Shown: positions 1 through 8,757 of the stretch, in pieces
Layout of the letters: each line of letters opens with the position of its first letter
Position numbering within the stretch: the stretch's first letter is position 1
NCBI GenBank assembly: GCA_031416735.1
Contig: JANOTZ010000167.1
Span: 1-45,723 of the forward strand
Direction of reading: 5' to 3'
DNA from: Frankiales bacterium
Lineage (GTDB): Bacteria > Actinomycetota > Actinomycetes > Mycobacteriales > SCTD01
DNA: 45,723 nt
The notes under the pieces: generated by a model
The model's input: only the letters and a program-made list of their open reading frames with translations
Told to the model about the DNA's origin: nothing
The model's database searches: none
Translations under genes and position numbers: made by a program

Positions 1-981
1 GGTCGCGGTCAGCCCGAGACGCCGGCGGGACTGCAGGTCGGCCGTCATCCGGAACACCGGCGCAGGGAGCAGGTGCACTTCGTCGTACACGACCAAACCC
101 CAGTCGCGGGCACCGAACAGGTCGAGGTGGGCGTATTCGCCCTTCCGCTTCGTGGTCATGATCTGGTACGTCGCGATGGTGACCGGTTTGATCTCCTTCT
201 TCTCCCCGGAGTACTCCCCGATCTCATCCTCGGTCAGCGTCGTCCGCTTGAGCAGCTCGGCCTTCCACTGCCGTCCGGAGACGGTGTTGGTGACCAGGAT
301 CAGGGTTGTCGCGCCGGCCTGCGCCATCGCGGCCGCACCGACCAGGGTCTTGCCGGCGCCGCAGGGCAGCACGACGACGCCGGAGCCGCCGTGCCAGAAG
401 CCATCGACCGCCATCTGCTGGTAGTCGCGCAGCACCCAGCCGTCCTGGACCAGCTCGATCGGGTGGGCCTCGCCGTCGACGTAACCGGCGAGGTCCTCGG
501 CCGGCCACCCGACCTTCAGCAGCGCCTGCTTGAGCCGGCCGCGCTCCGACGGGAAGGCGAGGACGGTCTCCGGGTCGAGCCGCACGCCGAGCATCGGGCT
601 GACCTTCTTGTTGCGCACGACCTCCTCGAGGACGGCGCGGTCGGTGGTGCGGAGCACCAGACCGTGGACCGGATCCTGCTCGAGGCGGAGCCGGCCGAAG
701 CGGTCCATCGTGTCGGCGACGTCGACGAGCAGCGCATGTGGGACGGGGTAGCGGGAGAACTTGACCAGGGCGTGGACGACCTGCTCCGCGTCGTGCCCGG
801 CGGCCCGGGCGTTCCACAGCCCGAGCGGGGTGAGCCGGTAGGTGTGGACGTGCTCCGGGGACCGCTCGAGCTCGGCGAACGGGGCGATCGCCTGCCGACA
901 CTCACTCGACAGGGGATGGTCGATCTCGAGGAGCAGGGTCTTGTCGCTCTGGACGATCAGCGGTCCATCGGGAGGGTTCAC
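1..981 (-). CDS. xpb: XPB/Ercc3-type SF2 DNA helicase, N-terminal 327 codons (gene continues past the window start)
   Basis: Not in the ORF track because it runs off the edge. Manual minus-strand translation from GTG at 981 gives VNPPDGPLIVQSDKTLLLEIDHPL... It has Walker A LPCGAGKT and DEVH box VYDEVHLLPA, and starts 39 nt downstream of the partner gene stop. Confidence 0.85.
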   Translation of the reverse strand, partial: MNPPDGPLIVQSDKTLLLEIDHPLSSECRQAIAPFAELERSPEHVHTYRLTPLGLWNARAAGHDAEQVVHALVKFSRYPVPHALLVDVADTMDRFGRLRLEQDPVHGLVLRTTDRAVLEEVVRNKKVSPMLGVRLDPETVLAFPSERGRLKQALLKVGWPAEDLAGYVDGEAHPIELVQDGWVLRDYQQMAVDGFWHGGSGVVVLPCGAGKTLVGAAAMAQAGATTLILVTNTVSGRQWKAELLKRTTLTEDEIGEYSGEKKEIKPVTIATYQIMTTKRKGEYAHLDLFGARDWGLVVYDEVHLLPAPVFRMTADLQSRRRLGLTAT

Positions 982-1020
982 CACAACAGTGTCCAATCTG
1001 GGTGTGACATGGCGTGGGAA

Positions 1021-3327
1021 TCACTCAGGTTCGACATCGGCCACTCCCGTGATGCGGTGCACGCTGAAGCTGCGTTCCTGCTGCCGCAGGTGGTCGTAGG
1101 CGACGACGAAACCGCCCCCGACGGACCGCGGCTCGACGATCCGGGTCGTGCGGCTGCCCTGCGGGTCGACGTACTCGAGCCAGACCTGCCGTCCGTCGTG
1201 CGCGGCCTGCTGCAGCACTGCGAGGGTGTCGACCGCGTGGCTCACCGAAACCGGCTGCCGACACGAGGCGCGGGACGCCAGATCGCCTGCCCGCAAGGCG
1301 ATCACGGCGAGTTTCGCCTGCTCGTCCGGCATGGCTGCCGGCTCGCCGTGCCGGGTCGGTCGCTGTCGGGCGAGGGTACGACGGGCCTCGCCGCGCGCCA
1401 CGAGCACGGCCCCGTCCGGGGCCTCGGCGGCGGGGGCGTGTCCGAGGTCGCGGAGCACCTCGAGCACCTGCGTGATGGAGGCCGTGCTCGTCACGACGGT
1501 GGGCGCGAGCCGGCGCAACCGCAGGACCGAGGCCTTCTTGCTCGCCATCACCTCGGTGAGCAGGGCCTCGTCGTCGCAGCGCAGGTAGGACGCGCTGGCG
1601 CCGACCCGCAGTCGGCCGTGCCGCCGGGCGACGTCGTCGATGAGATAGCTCAGCGACTGCGGAACCGGGGTGCGGCTGCGGCTGCGGAACAGCTCCTGCA
1701 GATCGCTGCTCGAGCGTCCCGCATCGAGGGCGCGCCTGACCGTGCCCTCGCTCACCCGGTAGACGGTCGCCCCGCCCTTGGACTCGACGTCGGCGACGAG
1801 AGCCAGCTCGCGCGCCAGGTCGCGCTCCAGGGGGCCGGGGGCCACGACGGTCAGGTCCGGCTGCACGAGCACGTGGTCGAGGGGCTCGGGGAGCAGGTCC
1901 CTCAGGGCCCGGGACGCATCGCGGTCCTGGCCGTCGAGCAGCAGCCGCGCGAACGACGACAGCCCACCCCGGCCCGACAGGCCGAGGACGGCGATCTCGC
2001 CGAGCACCCAGCTCGGCAGCACGTCGCGCAAGCGCCCGCCTCGTCGGGGGGCGCGCCAGGCCAGGGCCGCGACGACGGTCTCCTCGGTCACGGCCTGCCC
2101 GGGCTTGGTCTGCAGGAGCAGGTCGAGCACCCGGCGCCGGTCGACCGGAGCACTCGCGCGCTCCACCTCCTGCGACAGCGGGGCGAGGGGCTTGTCGCGG
2201 TCGTCGCGCAAGCCGACGAGGGTGGGCAGCCGGGTCATGCCGAGCCAGGCCCGGGCGAGGGCCACCCAGCGGTCCTCGGGAGGGGAGGCGACCCAGCGGT
2301 CATAGGCCTGGGTCGGCACCCAGGAGGCGTCGACCCCCTGGGTCTGGTCGAAAAGCCCTGCTGTGTAAGCGATCTCAATCAGCAAGGAGGCTGCCTGTTC
2401 AGTGACGTCGAGGTCCTTGGCTGCGCGCTTGAGGTCCCGCACCCCCAGCCCGCCGGACCGGAGCATGCCGGGCGGCTCCTCAGCCCAGGACTCGAGCAGT
2501 GCCTCGACGAGGTCGACCACGAGGGCGGCTTCGTGGGCGGCAGCCCGGTCGACCGCGCCGACGCCGACCTTGGTGGTCAGCAGCGGTGGCTGGGTCGGGG
2601 AGGCGGTAGGGGCACCGCGCAACATCAGCCCGATCTCGCGGGGCAGCTCGACGGTGTCGTCGTCGATCGCGACGAGCAGGCCGCGCCGCAGCAGCCAGCG
2701 GACAGGTGAGTCCTCGTCGGCGCGGGGCGCTCTCCGGGCGTCCCGGACCGTGCCATTGGGTGGTCCGGCGGCGCGCTGTCGCGCGACAGCTCGCACCTCC
2801 TCGCCGCCCTCCTCGAGTAGGCGGGCCACCCGGTCCGGATCGGTGAGCGACTTCAGGACGCCCTCGAGACTGCTGACGTCGAGTGCTTCCTCGATCGGGG
2901 CGAGCCGCTGCGCGTTGTGCTGGGCCAACAGGGCGGCCAGCGGTCGGCCCAGGCCGGCGCCGGCCGACAGCACGTCGCGTACCGGGCCGACGACGTGGAG
3001 GGCCGACTCCTCGCCCCACACGAGCGCCAGGTCGGTCAGCACTTCTAGGGCCGCGGCGGACTGCGGACCGGCGAGGGCCACCAGGTCGCCGAGGGAGAAG
3101 GTCCGCTCGTCGAGGCAGAGCGTCTCGAGCAGACCGAGCTGGAAGGCGTTCAGGGTGTCCAGCGCCCGGAGCACACTGAGCCGCACCGCGGCCCGGGCGG
3201 CGAGCACCCCAAGGTCGGGTGGGACGGGTACGGCGAGGTCCGGGCGCCCTTGGACGAGCCGGGCCAGCCGGTCGTCCGGCCAGGCACGCAGCGCGTCAGC
3301 AAGGCTGCGCGGAGCTTCCCGGGTCAT
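1021..3327 (-). CDS. large helicase-associated protein, conserved partner of bacterial XPB (function unknown)
   Basis: ORF 1021..3453 (-). I prefer ATG at 3327 ([16 protein letters not shown]...) because the 42 upstream codons are Pro/His/Arg filler. It lies directly upstream of and co-oriented with xpb, as I recall for Rv0862c-Rv0861c. No catalytic motif recognised by eye. Confidence 0.65.
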   Translation of the reverse strand: MTREAPRSLADALRAWPDDRLARLVQGRPDLAVPVPPDLGVLAARAAVRLSVLRALDTLNAFQLGLLETLCLDERTFSLGDLVALAGPQSAAALEVLTDLALVWGEESALHVVGPVRDVLSAGAGLGRPLAALLAQHNAQRLAPIEEALDVSSLEGVLKSLTDPDRVARLLEEGGEEVRAVARQRAAGPPNGTVRDARRAPRADEDSPVRWLLRRGLLVAIDDDTVELPREIGLMLRGAPTASPTQPPLLTTKVGVGAVDRAAAHEAALVVDLVEALLESWAEEPPGMLRSGGLGVRDLKRAAKDLDVTEQAASLLIEIAYTAGLFDQTQGVDASWVPTQAYDRWVASPPEDRWVALARAWLGMTRLPTLVGLRDDRDKPLAPLSQEVERASAPVDRRRVLDLLLQTKPGQAVTEETVVAALAWRAPRRGGRLRDVLPSWVLGEIAVLGLSGRGGLSSFARLLLDGQDRDASRALRDLLPEPLDHVLVQPDLTVVAPGPLERDLARELALVADVESKGGATVYRVSEGTVRRALDAGRSSSDLQELFRSRSRTPVPQSLSYLIDDVARRHGRLRVGASASYLRCDDEALLTEVMASKKASVLRLRRLAPTVVTSTASITQVLEVLRDLGHAPAAEAPDGAVLVARGEARRTLARQRPTRHGEPAAMPDEQAKLAVIALRAGDLASRASCRQPVSVSHAVDTLAVLQQAAHDGRQVWLEYVDPQGSRTTRIVEPRSVGGGFVVAYDHLRQQERSFSVHRITGVADVEPE

Positions 3328-3455
3328 CCGATCTACGGTAGTCGTGATCCTGGGCGGGTGGGTCCGTCCTGTGTGCGGCGTCCTGGGTGGGGGATGCGCG
3401 GCAGGTGGTGGATCGACCCGGTGGGAGCGGGGTGGTTCCACCACATGGGCCACGA

Positions 3456-3962
3456 TCAGCGCTTGGGGCGCCGGTCGCGCAGTTGCTGGGCGACGAGCTC
3501 CCGCAGGATCGGCAGTGCCCGCCGGTCCTTGTCGCGGCCCGCGGCCTCCTTGCTGCGGACGATGTCGGCCAGCGACGCGAGCAGCACCGGCGTCCCCCGC
3601 AGGGTCACCTCGATCGCATCGCGGCGCAGGTCGGCGTACCCCTGGGTGCCGGAGGGCTGGAAGCTGAGGTCCAGGTCGCCGAACGTGGTGGTGAGGTTCC
3701 AGAAGACCGAGCCCGCCAGGCTGGTCGCGTCGTGCACGAAGGGCAGCGGGTCCTCGTCCCCGTTGCGGACCTTCGCGTCGAGCTCCCGCAGTGCCCCCGA
3801 CAGCCGGGTCAGGTTGGCGCGCTCGTTCTCCGGTACGACGTCTACGTCTCTCGTGGGGATCGGTGAGCCCTGGGCGACGGCGGCCCAGCCGCCGATCACC
3901 ACGAAGTGCACCTGGTGCCGTGCCAGGACCTGCAAGATCGCGGTGCCGTCGAAGTCAGCCAC
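3456..3962 (-). CDS. minimal nucleotidyltransferase-fold (Pol-beta superfamily) protein, toxin-antitoxin-like module component
   Basis: 168-aa ORF. It has the NTase signature [23 protein letters not shown] (GG-x13-DVD), a later acidic GDLDL, and a C-terminal [24 protein letters not shown] motif typical of small NTase families. It overlaps the upstream HTH gene by 8 nt. Confidence 0.6.
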   Translation of the reverse strand: MADFDGTAILQVLARHQVHFVVIGGWAAVAQGSPIPTRDVDVVPENERANLTRLSGALRELDAKVRNGDEDPLPFVHDATSLAGSVFWNLTTTFGDLDLSFQPSGTQGYADLRRDAIEVTLRGTPVLLASLADIVRSKEAAGRDKDRRALPILRELVAQQLRDRRPKR

Positions 3963-4284
3963 CCGTCGCCGCCAAGAAGGCTTCGCGCAGCTCGTCCGCC
4001 TGGCGCACGCTGCGCTCGTTGAGATCGAGCCGCTGTGTCGGGGTGCTCCACCTCAGGTCGCGAGCCTGAACCCGGTCGCTGTCGTCGAAAAGCGCCAACT
4101 CCACCAGCAGCTCGAAGCCGCACAGCCGGATCAGCCGCTGGACGGTCTCCAGCGGTGGGCTGGTGCGACCGGACTCGAGACGGGCGATGCCGGACTGCGT
4201 GGTGCCGGCCCGCTCGGCCAGCTCGCGTTGCGTGAGAGCACCCCGCTTACGGGCCTCCCGGACGAGCTCGCCACCTATCACCAC
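3955..4284 (-). CDS. XRE-family helix-turn-helix transcriptional regulator (putative antitoxin/regulator of the downstream NTase)
   Basis: 109-aa ORF. The N-terminal LVREARKRGALTQRELAERAGTTQSGIARLESGRTSP is a classic XRE/Cro HTH. GTG start at 4284 (or 4281). Confidence 0.75.
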   Translation of the reverse strand: MVIGGELVREARKRGALTQRELAERAGTTQSGIARLESGRTSPPLETVQRLIRLCGFELLVELALFDDSDRVQARDLRWSTPTQRLDLNERSVRQADELREAFLAATGG

Positions 4285-4289
4285 CTGAG

Positions 4290-4307
4290 CATAACAAATC
4301 TGTTATG
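4290..4307. promoter_or_regulatory. perfect palindrome CATAACA-aatc-TGTTATG, candidate XRE operator in a divergent promoter region
   Basis: Seen directly. It is an AT-rich 18-mer lying 6 nt upstream of the XRE start and 18 nt upstream of the divergent HAD-LarE start. Confidence 0.4.
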
Positions 4308-4324
4308 TCCTGCGTCAACCTAAG

Positions 4325-5752
4325 GTGACCGCTGTGGACCTCGTCGTTGGCTTCGATCTCGACATGACGCTGGTCGACTCCCGCCCGTGCGTGGTCGCCG
4401 TCGCGGAGGTGCTCGCCCGGGAAGAAGGCGTGCCGATCGACGGTCACCTCTGGGCCTCGCGGCTCGGCCCGCCGTTGGAGCAGGAGCTCGCCCACTGGGT
4501 GCCTGCCGCGGAGGTCGACCGGGTGGCCGACCGCTACCGGGTCCTCATGCGCGAGCTCGGGGTCAGCCGGTCGCTGCTCCTGCCCGGAGCAAGGGAAGCC
4601 GTGGCCGCGGTCCGTGCGGCTGGCGGCCGGGCGGTCATCGTGACCGCGAAGCAGCAGGTGCTGGCGGAGCAGACCCTCGCCCTGTTCGGCGTCGAGGTGG
4701 ACCAGGTCGTCGGCTGGGTATGGCGCGAAGCAAAGGGCAAGGCACTGCTGGAGCTCGGCGCCACCATCTATGTCGGGGACCACCCGCACGACGTGGACGG
4801 CGCGCGGATCGCCGGTGCGTTGGCCTACGGGGTCCGCACCGGGGGCTCGGAACCGGTCGGGGCCGACATCGTCGCTGATGATCTGACCGGCTTCCCCGCC
4901 TGGTTGGAGGAGCACCTGCTGCAGGAGCGACTTCGCCTGCTGGACAAGGGATTGCGCTCCCTCGACGGCCTGCTGGTCGCCTTCAGTGGAGGTGCCGACA
5001 GCGCGTTCCTGTTGGCCGCCGCGGTGCGCGCCTTGGGCACCGACCGGGTGATCGCCGCGACCGCCGTCAGTCCGTCGCTGGCCCAGGCCGAGCTGCCGGC
5101 CGCGGCGGCCTTCGCCCACTCCCTCGGGGTGCGGCATGTGACGCCTGGCACCGACGAGTTGGCCCGCGAGGGCTATGTCGCCAACGGCACCGACCGCTGC
5201 TTCCACTGCAAGGCGACCCTGCTCGACACCCTGCGACCGCTCGCCCACTCCCTTGGCCTGGCTCAGGTGGCGACCGGCACCAACGCCGACGACGTGGTGG
5301 CCGGCTTCCGGCCGGGCATCCGTGCGGCGGCCGAGCGCGGCGCAGCGACCCCGCTGCTCGACGCCGGCCTGACCAAGGCGCAGATCCGGGAGGCGTCGCG
5401 GCGTTGGGGACTGGAGACCGCCGACAAACCGGCGCTCGCCTGCCTCGCGTCCCGGATCGCCTACGGCATCGCGGTCACCCCCGCCGGGCTGGCCCGGGTG
5501 GACCGGGCCGAGACCGCGCTGCGGGCGCTGCTGTCGCCCACCGACGTACGGGTCCGCGACCTCGGTGCCGACCGGGCCCGGGTCGAGCTCGACGCCGCCG
5601 CGCTGGGTCGGTGGGATCCGCGGGCGGAGGAGCTGGTGCGGCAGGAGGGCTTCGTGACCCTCGAGACCCGGGAGTTCCGGTCCGGCTCGATGAACGACGC
5701 TCAGGTGGACGACCCTCAGGCGACCGACGCTCAGGTAGCGACGCTCAGATAG
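4325..5752 (+). CDS. fusion protein: N-terminal HAD-superfamily phosphatase + C-terminal LarE-like PP-loop ATP-dependent sulfur transferase
   Basis: 475-aa ORF. HAD motifs are DLDMTLVDS (DxDxT), VTAK, and K...GDHPHD. The PP-loop is FSGGADS, and a LarE-type cysteine motif ALACLASR is present. Confidence 0.75.
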   Translation: MTAVDLVVGFDLDMTLVDSRPCVVAVAEVLAREEGVPIDGHLWASRLGPPLEQELAHWVPAAEVDRVADRYRVLMRELGVSRSLLLPGAREAVAAVRAAGGRAVIVTAKQQVLAEQTLALFGVEVDQVVGWVWREAKGKALLELGATIYVGDHPHDVDGARIAGALAYGVRTGGSEPVGADIVADDLTGFPAWLEEHLLQERLRLLDKGLRSLDGLLVAFSGGADSAFLLAAAVRALGTDRVIAATAVSPSLAQAELPAAAAFAHSLGVRHVTPGTDELAREGYVANGTDRCFHCKATLLDTLRPLAHSLGLAQVATGTNADDVVAGFRPGIRAAAERGAATPLLDAGLTKAQIREASRRWGLETADKPALACLASRIAYGIAVTPAGLARVDRAETALRALLSPTDVRVRDLGADRARVELDAAALGRWDPRAEELVRQEGFVTLETREFRSGSMNDAQVDDPQATDAQVATLR

Positions 5753-5772
5753 CGGCGACTCCTGGCGGTCAG

Positions 5773-6327
5773 TCACGTGGCGCGGGTGCGACGAGACGGC
5801 GGAAGCCGCCCCAGCAACGCGCTATGACACAGGCCGGTACGTGTCAGGACGCGCTGTTCGAGGTCGAAGGCAAACGTGCGCTGCTCGACGGTCAGCGCCT
5901 TGCTCGCGACCACGGACGCGACGACCGCTGAGATCGCCGCTGGCACGGCCTGGACGAGCTCACCGACCCGGGTCAAGGTCGCCGCCGGTGGCAAGCCACA
6001 GTCGACGGCCAGCCGTTTCCAGGCCGCCGCATCGATGTCGAGCGGCTGGGAACGGCCGCCGATGCTCATCGCGAGCGCGGCAGTGTGCGCGCTGATCTGC
6101 CCGGGCTCCACCCCGCGCCGAGCTGCGGCCAGAGACGGCAGCACGCTGTTGATGTCGTACAGCGGAGCGAGCCGGACCTCACCGGCGCTCAGGAGGAGGC
6201 TGTAGTTCTTCGCGTGGGCGTCGGTCGCAGCCAGCACCCACGACAAGATGAACGCGTCCAGGAAGGTCCCGAAACATTGCGGCGGTGTCCAGTGGACCCG
6301 ACATCGGCCGGCGTGGGAGACCTCCAC
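5773..6327 (-). pseudogene. HipA-family kinase, C-terminal remnant only
   Basis: The ORF contains the HipA catalytic-loop motif TDAHAKNYSLL and LAPLYDI. Roughly 250 N-terminal residues (P-loop region) are absent, and the csp gene starts only 66 nt upstream. No adjacent hipB. Confidence 0.65.
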
Positions 6328-6392
6328 GTGCGGAGGGCGCCGGCCGACTAGCCTTGCGTCGTACAGCCAACAGCGAGGCGAGGACGGACGAC

Positions 6393-6776
6393 GTGCCCAC
6401 CGGCAAGGTGAAGTTCTACGACAAGGAGCGGGGCTTCGGCTTCGTGTCCCGCGATGACGGCGGCGACGTCTTCGTGCCCAAGGCCGCGCTGCCCGAGGGC
6501 GTCGAGGAGCTGGTGCCCGGCACGCGGCTCGAGTTCGGCGTCGCTGCAGGCAAGAAGGGGGAGCAGGCGCTGAGCGTCCGCATCCTCGAGGCGCCTCCGT
6601 CGCTGGCCAAGTCGCGCCGCCCCGCCGAGGAGCTGCAGGTGATGGTGGAGGACACCATCAAGCTCATCGAGCTCAAGATCCAGCCGTCGCTGCAGCGCGG
6701 CAAGTACCCCGACCGTGAGGCCGGCAAGATGGTCGCCCAGATCCTGCGAGCCATCGCGAGCGAGCTCGAAGCCTGA
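6393..6776 (+). CDS. cold-shock-domain protein with C-terminal extension
   Basis: Frame of ORF 6285..6776. GTG at 6393 gives VPTGKVKFYDKERGFGFVSRDDGGDVFV (RNP1 GFGF, RNP2-like VFV). Confidence 0.85.
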   Translation: MPTGKVKFYDKERGFGFVSRDDGGDVFVPKAALPEGVEELVPGTRLEFGVAAGKKGEQALSVRILEAPPSLAKSRRPAEELQVMVEDTIKLIELKIQPSLQRGKYPDREAGKMVAQILRAIASELEA

Positions 6777-6777
6777 C

Positions 6778-7572
6778 TCAGCGCAGGGGGCCGCGCAGCG
6801 GGGGCACCAGACCGGCCTCGACGGCCCGGTCGAGCAGGGCCTCCACCGCTCGATAGCCCACGTCGCCCAGATCGCGGGTGAAGTCGTTGACGTACAAGGA
6901 GATGTGCTGCCGGCAGACGGCCGGGTCCATCTCCTGCGCGTGCTCGAGCACGAACGCGGCACTCGCGGCGGGAGTTTTCCAGGCATGCTCGACCGAGGCC
7001 CTGATCGATTGGGTGAGCTCGGTGAGATCGAGTGACCGGCGGGCGACGATGGCCCCGAGCGGGATGGGCAGCCCGGTCTCGTCCTCCCACCACTCGCCGA
7101 GGTCCTGCAGGCACACCAGGCCGTACGACGGATAGGTGAACCGCGACTCGTGGATGACCAGTCCGGCGTCGACCAGGCCGTCCCGGACGGCCGGCATGAT
7201 CTGCTCGAAAGGCATCACCTCGACGCGGAAACCCTTGCGCCACAGGCGAAGTAGCAGGTAGGCGGTGGTCCGTTCACCCGGCACCGCGATGGTGGCGCCC
7301 TCCAGGTCCCGGTCCGAGCGGGCCAGGACCAGCGGGCCGACGCCGTGCCCGAGCGCTCCGCCCGTGGGGAGCAGGGCGTAGTCGTCGAGCAGCTCGGGCA
7401 GCGCCGCGTAGGACACCTTGACGACGTCGAGCCGGCGCTCGATCGCGAGCCGGTTGCACACGTCGATGTCGGCGAAGGTCACCTCGATGTCAGGCCCCGG
7501 CACCTGACGGTGCACCAGCGCGGAGAACACGAAGGTGTCGTTGGGGCAGGGCGAGATCCCTAGGCTGACCAT
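6778..7572 (-). CDS. mqnD: 1,4-dihydroxy-6-naphthoate synthase (futalosine pathway)
   Basis: 264-aa ORF. MVSLGISPCPNDTFVFSALVH...VVKVSYAALP...GLVIHESRFTY matches my memory of MqnD, and it is adjacent to mqnB. Confidence 0.85.
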   Translation of the reverse strand: MVSLGISPCPNDTFVFSALVHRQVPGPDIEVTFADIDVCNRLAIERRLDVVKVSYAALPELLDDYALLPTGGALGHGVGPLVLARSDRDLEGATIAVPGERTTAYLLLRLWRKGFRVEVMPFEQIMPAVRDGLVDAGLVIHESRFTYPSYGLVCLQDLGEWWEDETGLPIPLGAIVARRSLDLTELTQSIRASVEHAWKTPAASAAFVLEHAQEMDPAVCRQHISLYVNDFTRDLGDVGYRAVEALLDRAVEAGLVPPLRGPLR

Positions 7573-8228
7573 GGTTGTCCCAGCATGACCGATCCGATGT
7601 GCGACAGGGCGGCGAAGGCCGCGGGGAAGTCCCAGGCGTCGGTGTTGCGCACCCCGACGAGGTTGCTCACGGCCCTGATCTCCAGCACTGGCAGGCCATG
7701 TGGCCGCGCACCCTCGAGCACCCCCCAGCCCTCCATCGCCTCACCCACCGCTCCGTGCCGCTCGGCGAGCAGCCCCGCGCGGACGGCCGTGCCGGTCACG
7801 GTCGACACCGTCAGCACCGGCCCCGTCACGACCTCCCCGAGCCGCCCCGCGGCCGCGCGGACGAGGGAGGTGTCGACGGTGTGCACGTCGTCCGCCCAGC
7901 CGAGCTGCCCCATCGCGAGAAACCCGTCGGGGGAGTCGGCACCAAGGTCGGCGGCGACCAGATCGGTCGCGACCACGACCTGCCCGATCTCGGCGGCCCC
8001 GGCGAAACCCCCGCAGATCCCGAGCGACAGCACGACGTCGTACGGCGAAAGCGCGAGTGCCGTCGCGGTGGCCGCGGCCGCTGCGGCGGGTCCGATGCCA
8101 CAGACCAGGACGGTGGCCGTGCCGGTGCTCGCCGCCCGGTAGGGGCCGATCTGGAGCGGCTCAGCGGACAGGTCGCGCAGCAGGGCAGTGCGCTCCTGCG
8201 AGGTGGCGACGACCGCGAGCAGCGTCAC
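7560..8228 (-). CDS. mqnB: futalosine hydrolase (nucleosidase family)
   Basis: 222-aa ORF. It is a PNP/UDP-type nucleosidase-like sequence (GIGPAAAA...GICGGF...EAMEG...EIRAVSN). The GTG start overlaps the upstream stop (GTGA). Confidence 0.75.
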   Translation of the reverse strand: MTLLAVVATSQERTALLRDLSAEPLQIGPYRAASTGTATVLVCGIGPAAAAAATATALALSPYDVVLSLGICGGFAGAAEIGQVVVATDLVAADLGADSPDGFLAMGQLGWADDVHTVDTSLVRAAAGRLGEVVTGPVLTVSTVTGTAVRAGLLAERHGAVGEAMEGWGVLEGARPHGLPVLEIRAVSNLVGVRNTDAWDFPAAFAALSHIGSVMLGQPWSA

Positions 8229-8710
8229 TTCTGGACGAGCTGGAATCTCCAGACGCCGGTCACCCGGGCGTCGTTGGCGACCCGTTCGGTCGACCGGATC
8301 TCGAGGTTGATGATCCCCCGGGTCGGGCGGTTACCGAAGTCGGGCGTGTAGGAGAAGTAGTGGGTGTCCTGGATCTCCGAGCGCGCCTTGGCGTCGGCGT
8401 CGTAGAGGAACCAGCCGTGCTCGCTGAGGTCCTTGTCGACGTCGATCCCGACGAGGGCCCCCTGCTGGACGCGCAGGACCGGGTTGCGGTCGGTGTTCTC
8501 GACGCAGTTGCGCTGCTCGACGCTCTGGCCGTCCCGGCAGAAGGTGGTCGCTTCGGTGTGAACCGATGTGCCGCCGCTCACGACGGTCACGCCCGGTGTG
8601 GGCTTCTCGCAGCCGGCGAGGAGCAGCAGCGCGCCGACCGAGAGTGCGGTGGCGAAGGTGCGTCGGGGGGACGAGCGGGTGGACTCTCGGGGGGACTCTC
8701 GGGGGGACAA
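8225..8710 (-). CDS. lipoprotein (DUF2771-like)
   Basis: 161-aa ORF with lipobox LLLAGC and a TTG start. It is first in the operon with mqnB-mqnD. Confidence 0.55.
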   Translation of the reverse strand: MSPRESPRESTRSSPRRTFATALSVGALLLLAGCEKPTPGVTVVSGGTSVHTEATTFCRDGQSVEQRNCVENTDRNPVLRVQQGALVGIDVDKDLSEHGWFLYDADAKARSEIQDTHYFSYTPDFGNRPTRGIINLEIRSTERVANDARVTGVWRFQLVQK

Positions 8711-8757
8711 GGTGGGGCTCCCGGCAGAGGGGCGGGCAGGCGTGGTGGACTACACAC

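Noticed and set aside
73-2709. Very long ORFs on the strand opposite to, or out of frame with, clear genes. Examples: 73..2709 (+), 4247..5776 (-), 16784..19183 (-), 20726..22060 (+), 21724..23217 (+), 37721..39076 (+), 41820..43373 (+), 44927..45703 (-).
   Set aside because: They are typical high-G+C shadow ORFs. They have Arg/Gly/Pro/Ala-dominated composition and no motifs. Each is fully overlapped by a gene with strong family signatures in another frame.
3955-6327. The XRE HTH gene acting as the HipB partner of the HipA relic.
   Set aside because: They are 1.5 kb apart and separated by the plus-strand HAD-LarE gene. The XRE gene is instead overlapped with the NTase gene.
6285-6392. N-terminal extensions offered by longest-ORF coordinates. 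Examples: csp from 6285, DUF3027 from 8566, TetR to 10626, cfa to 34864, FAD oxidase to 39874, serC to 22780, hydrolase from 26020.
   Set aside because: The extensions are compositionally biased filler, overlap neighbouring genes, or precede well-known conserved N-termini. Internal ATG/GTG starts fit the family lengths better.
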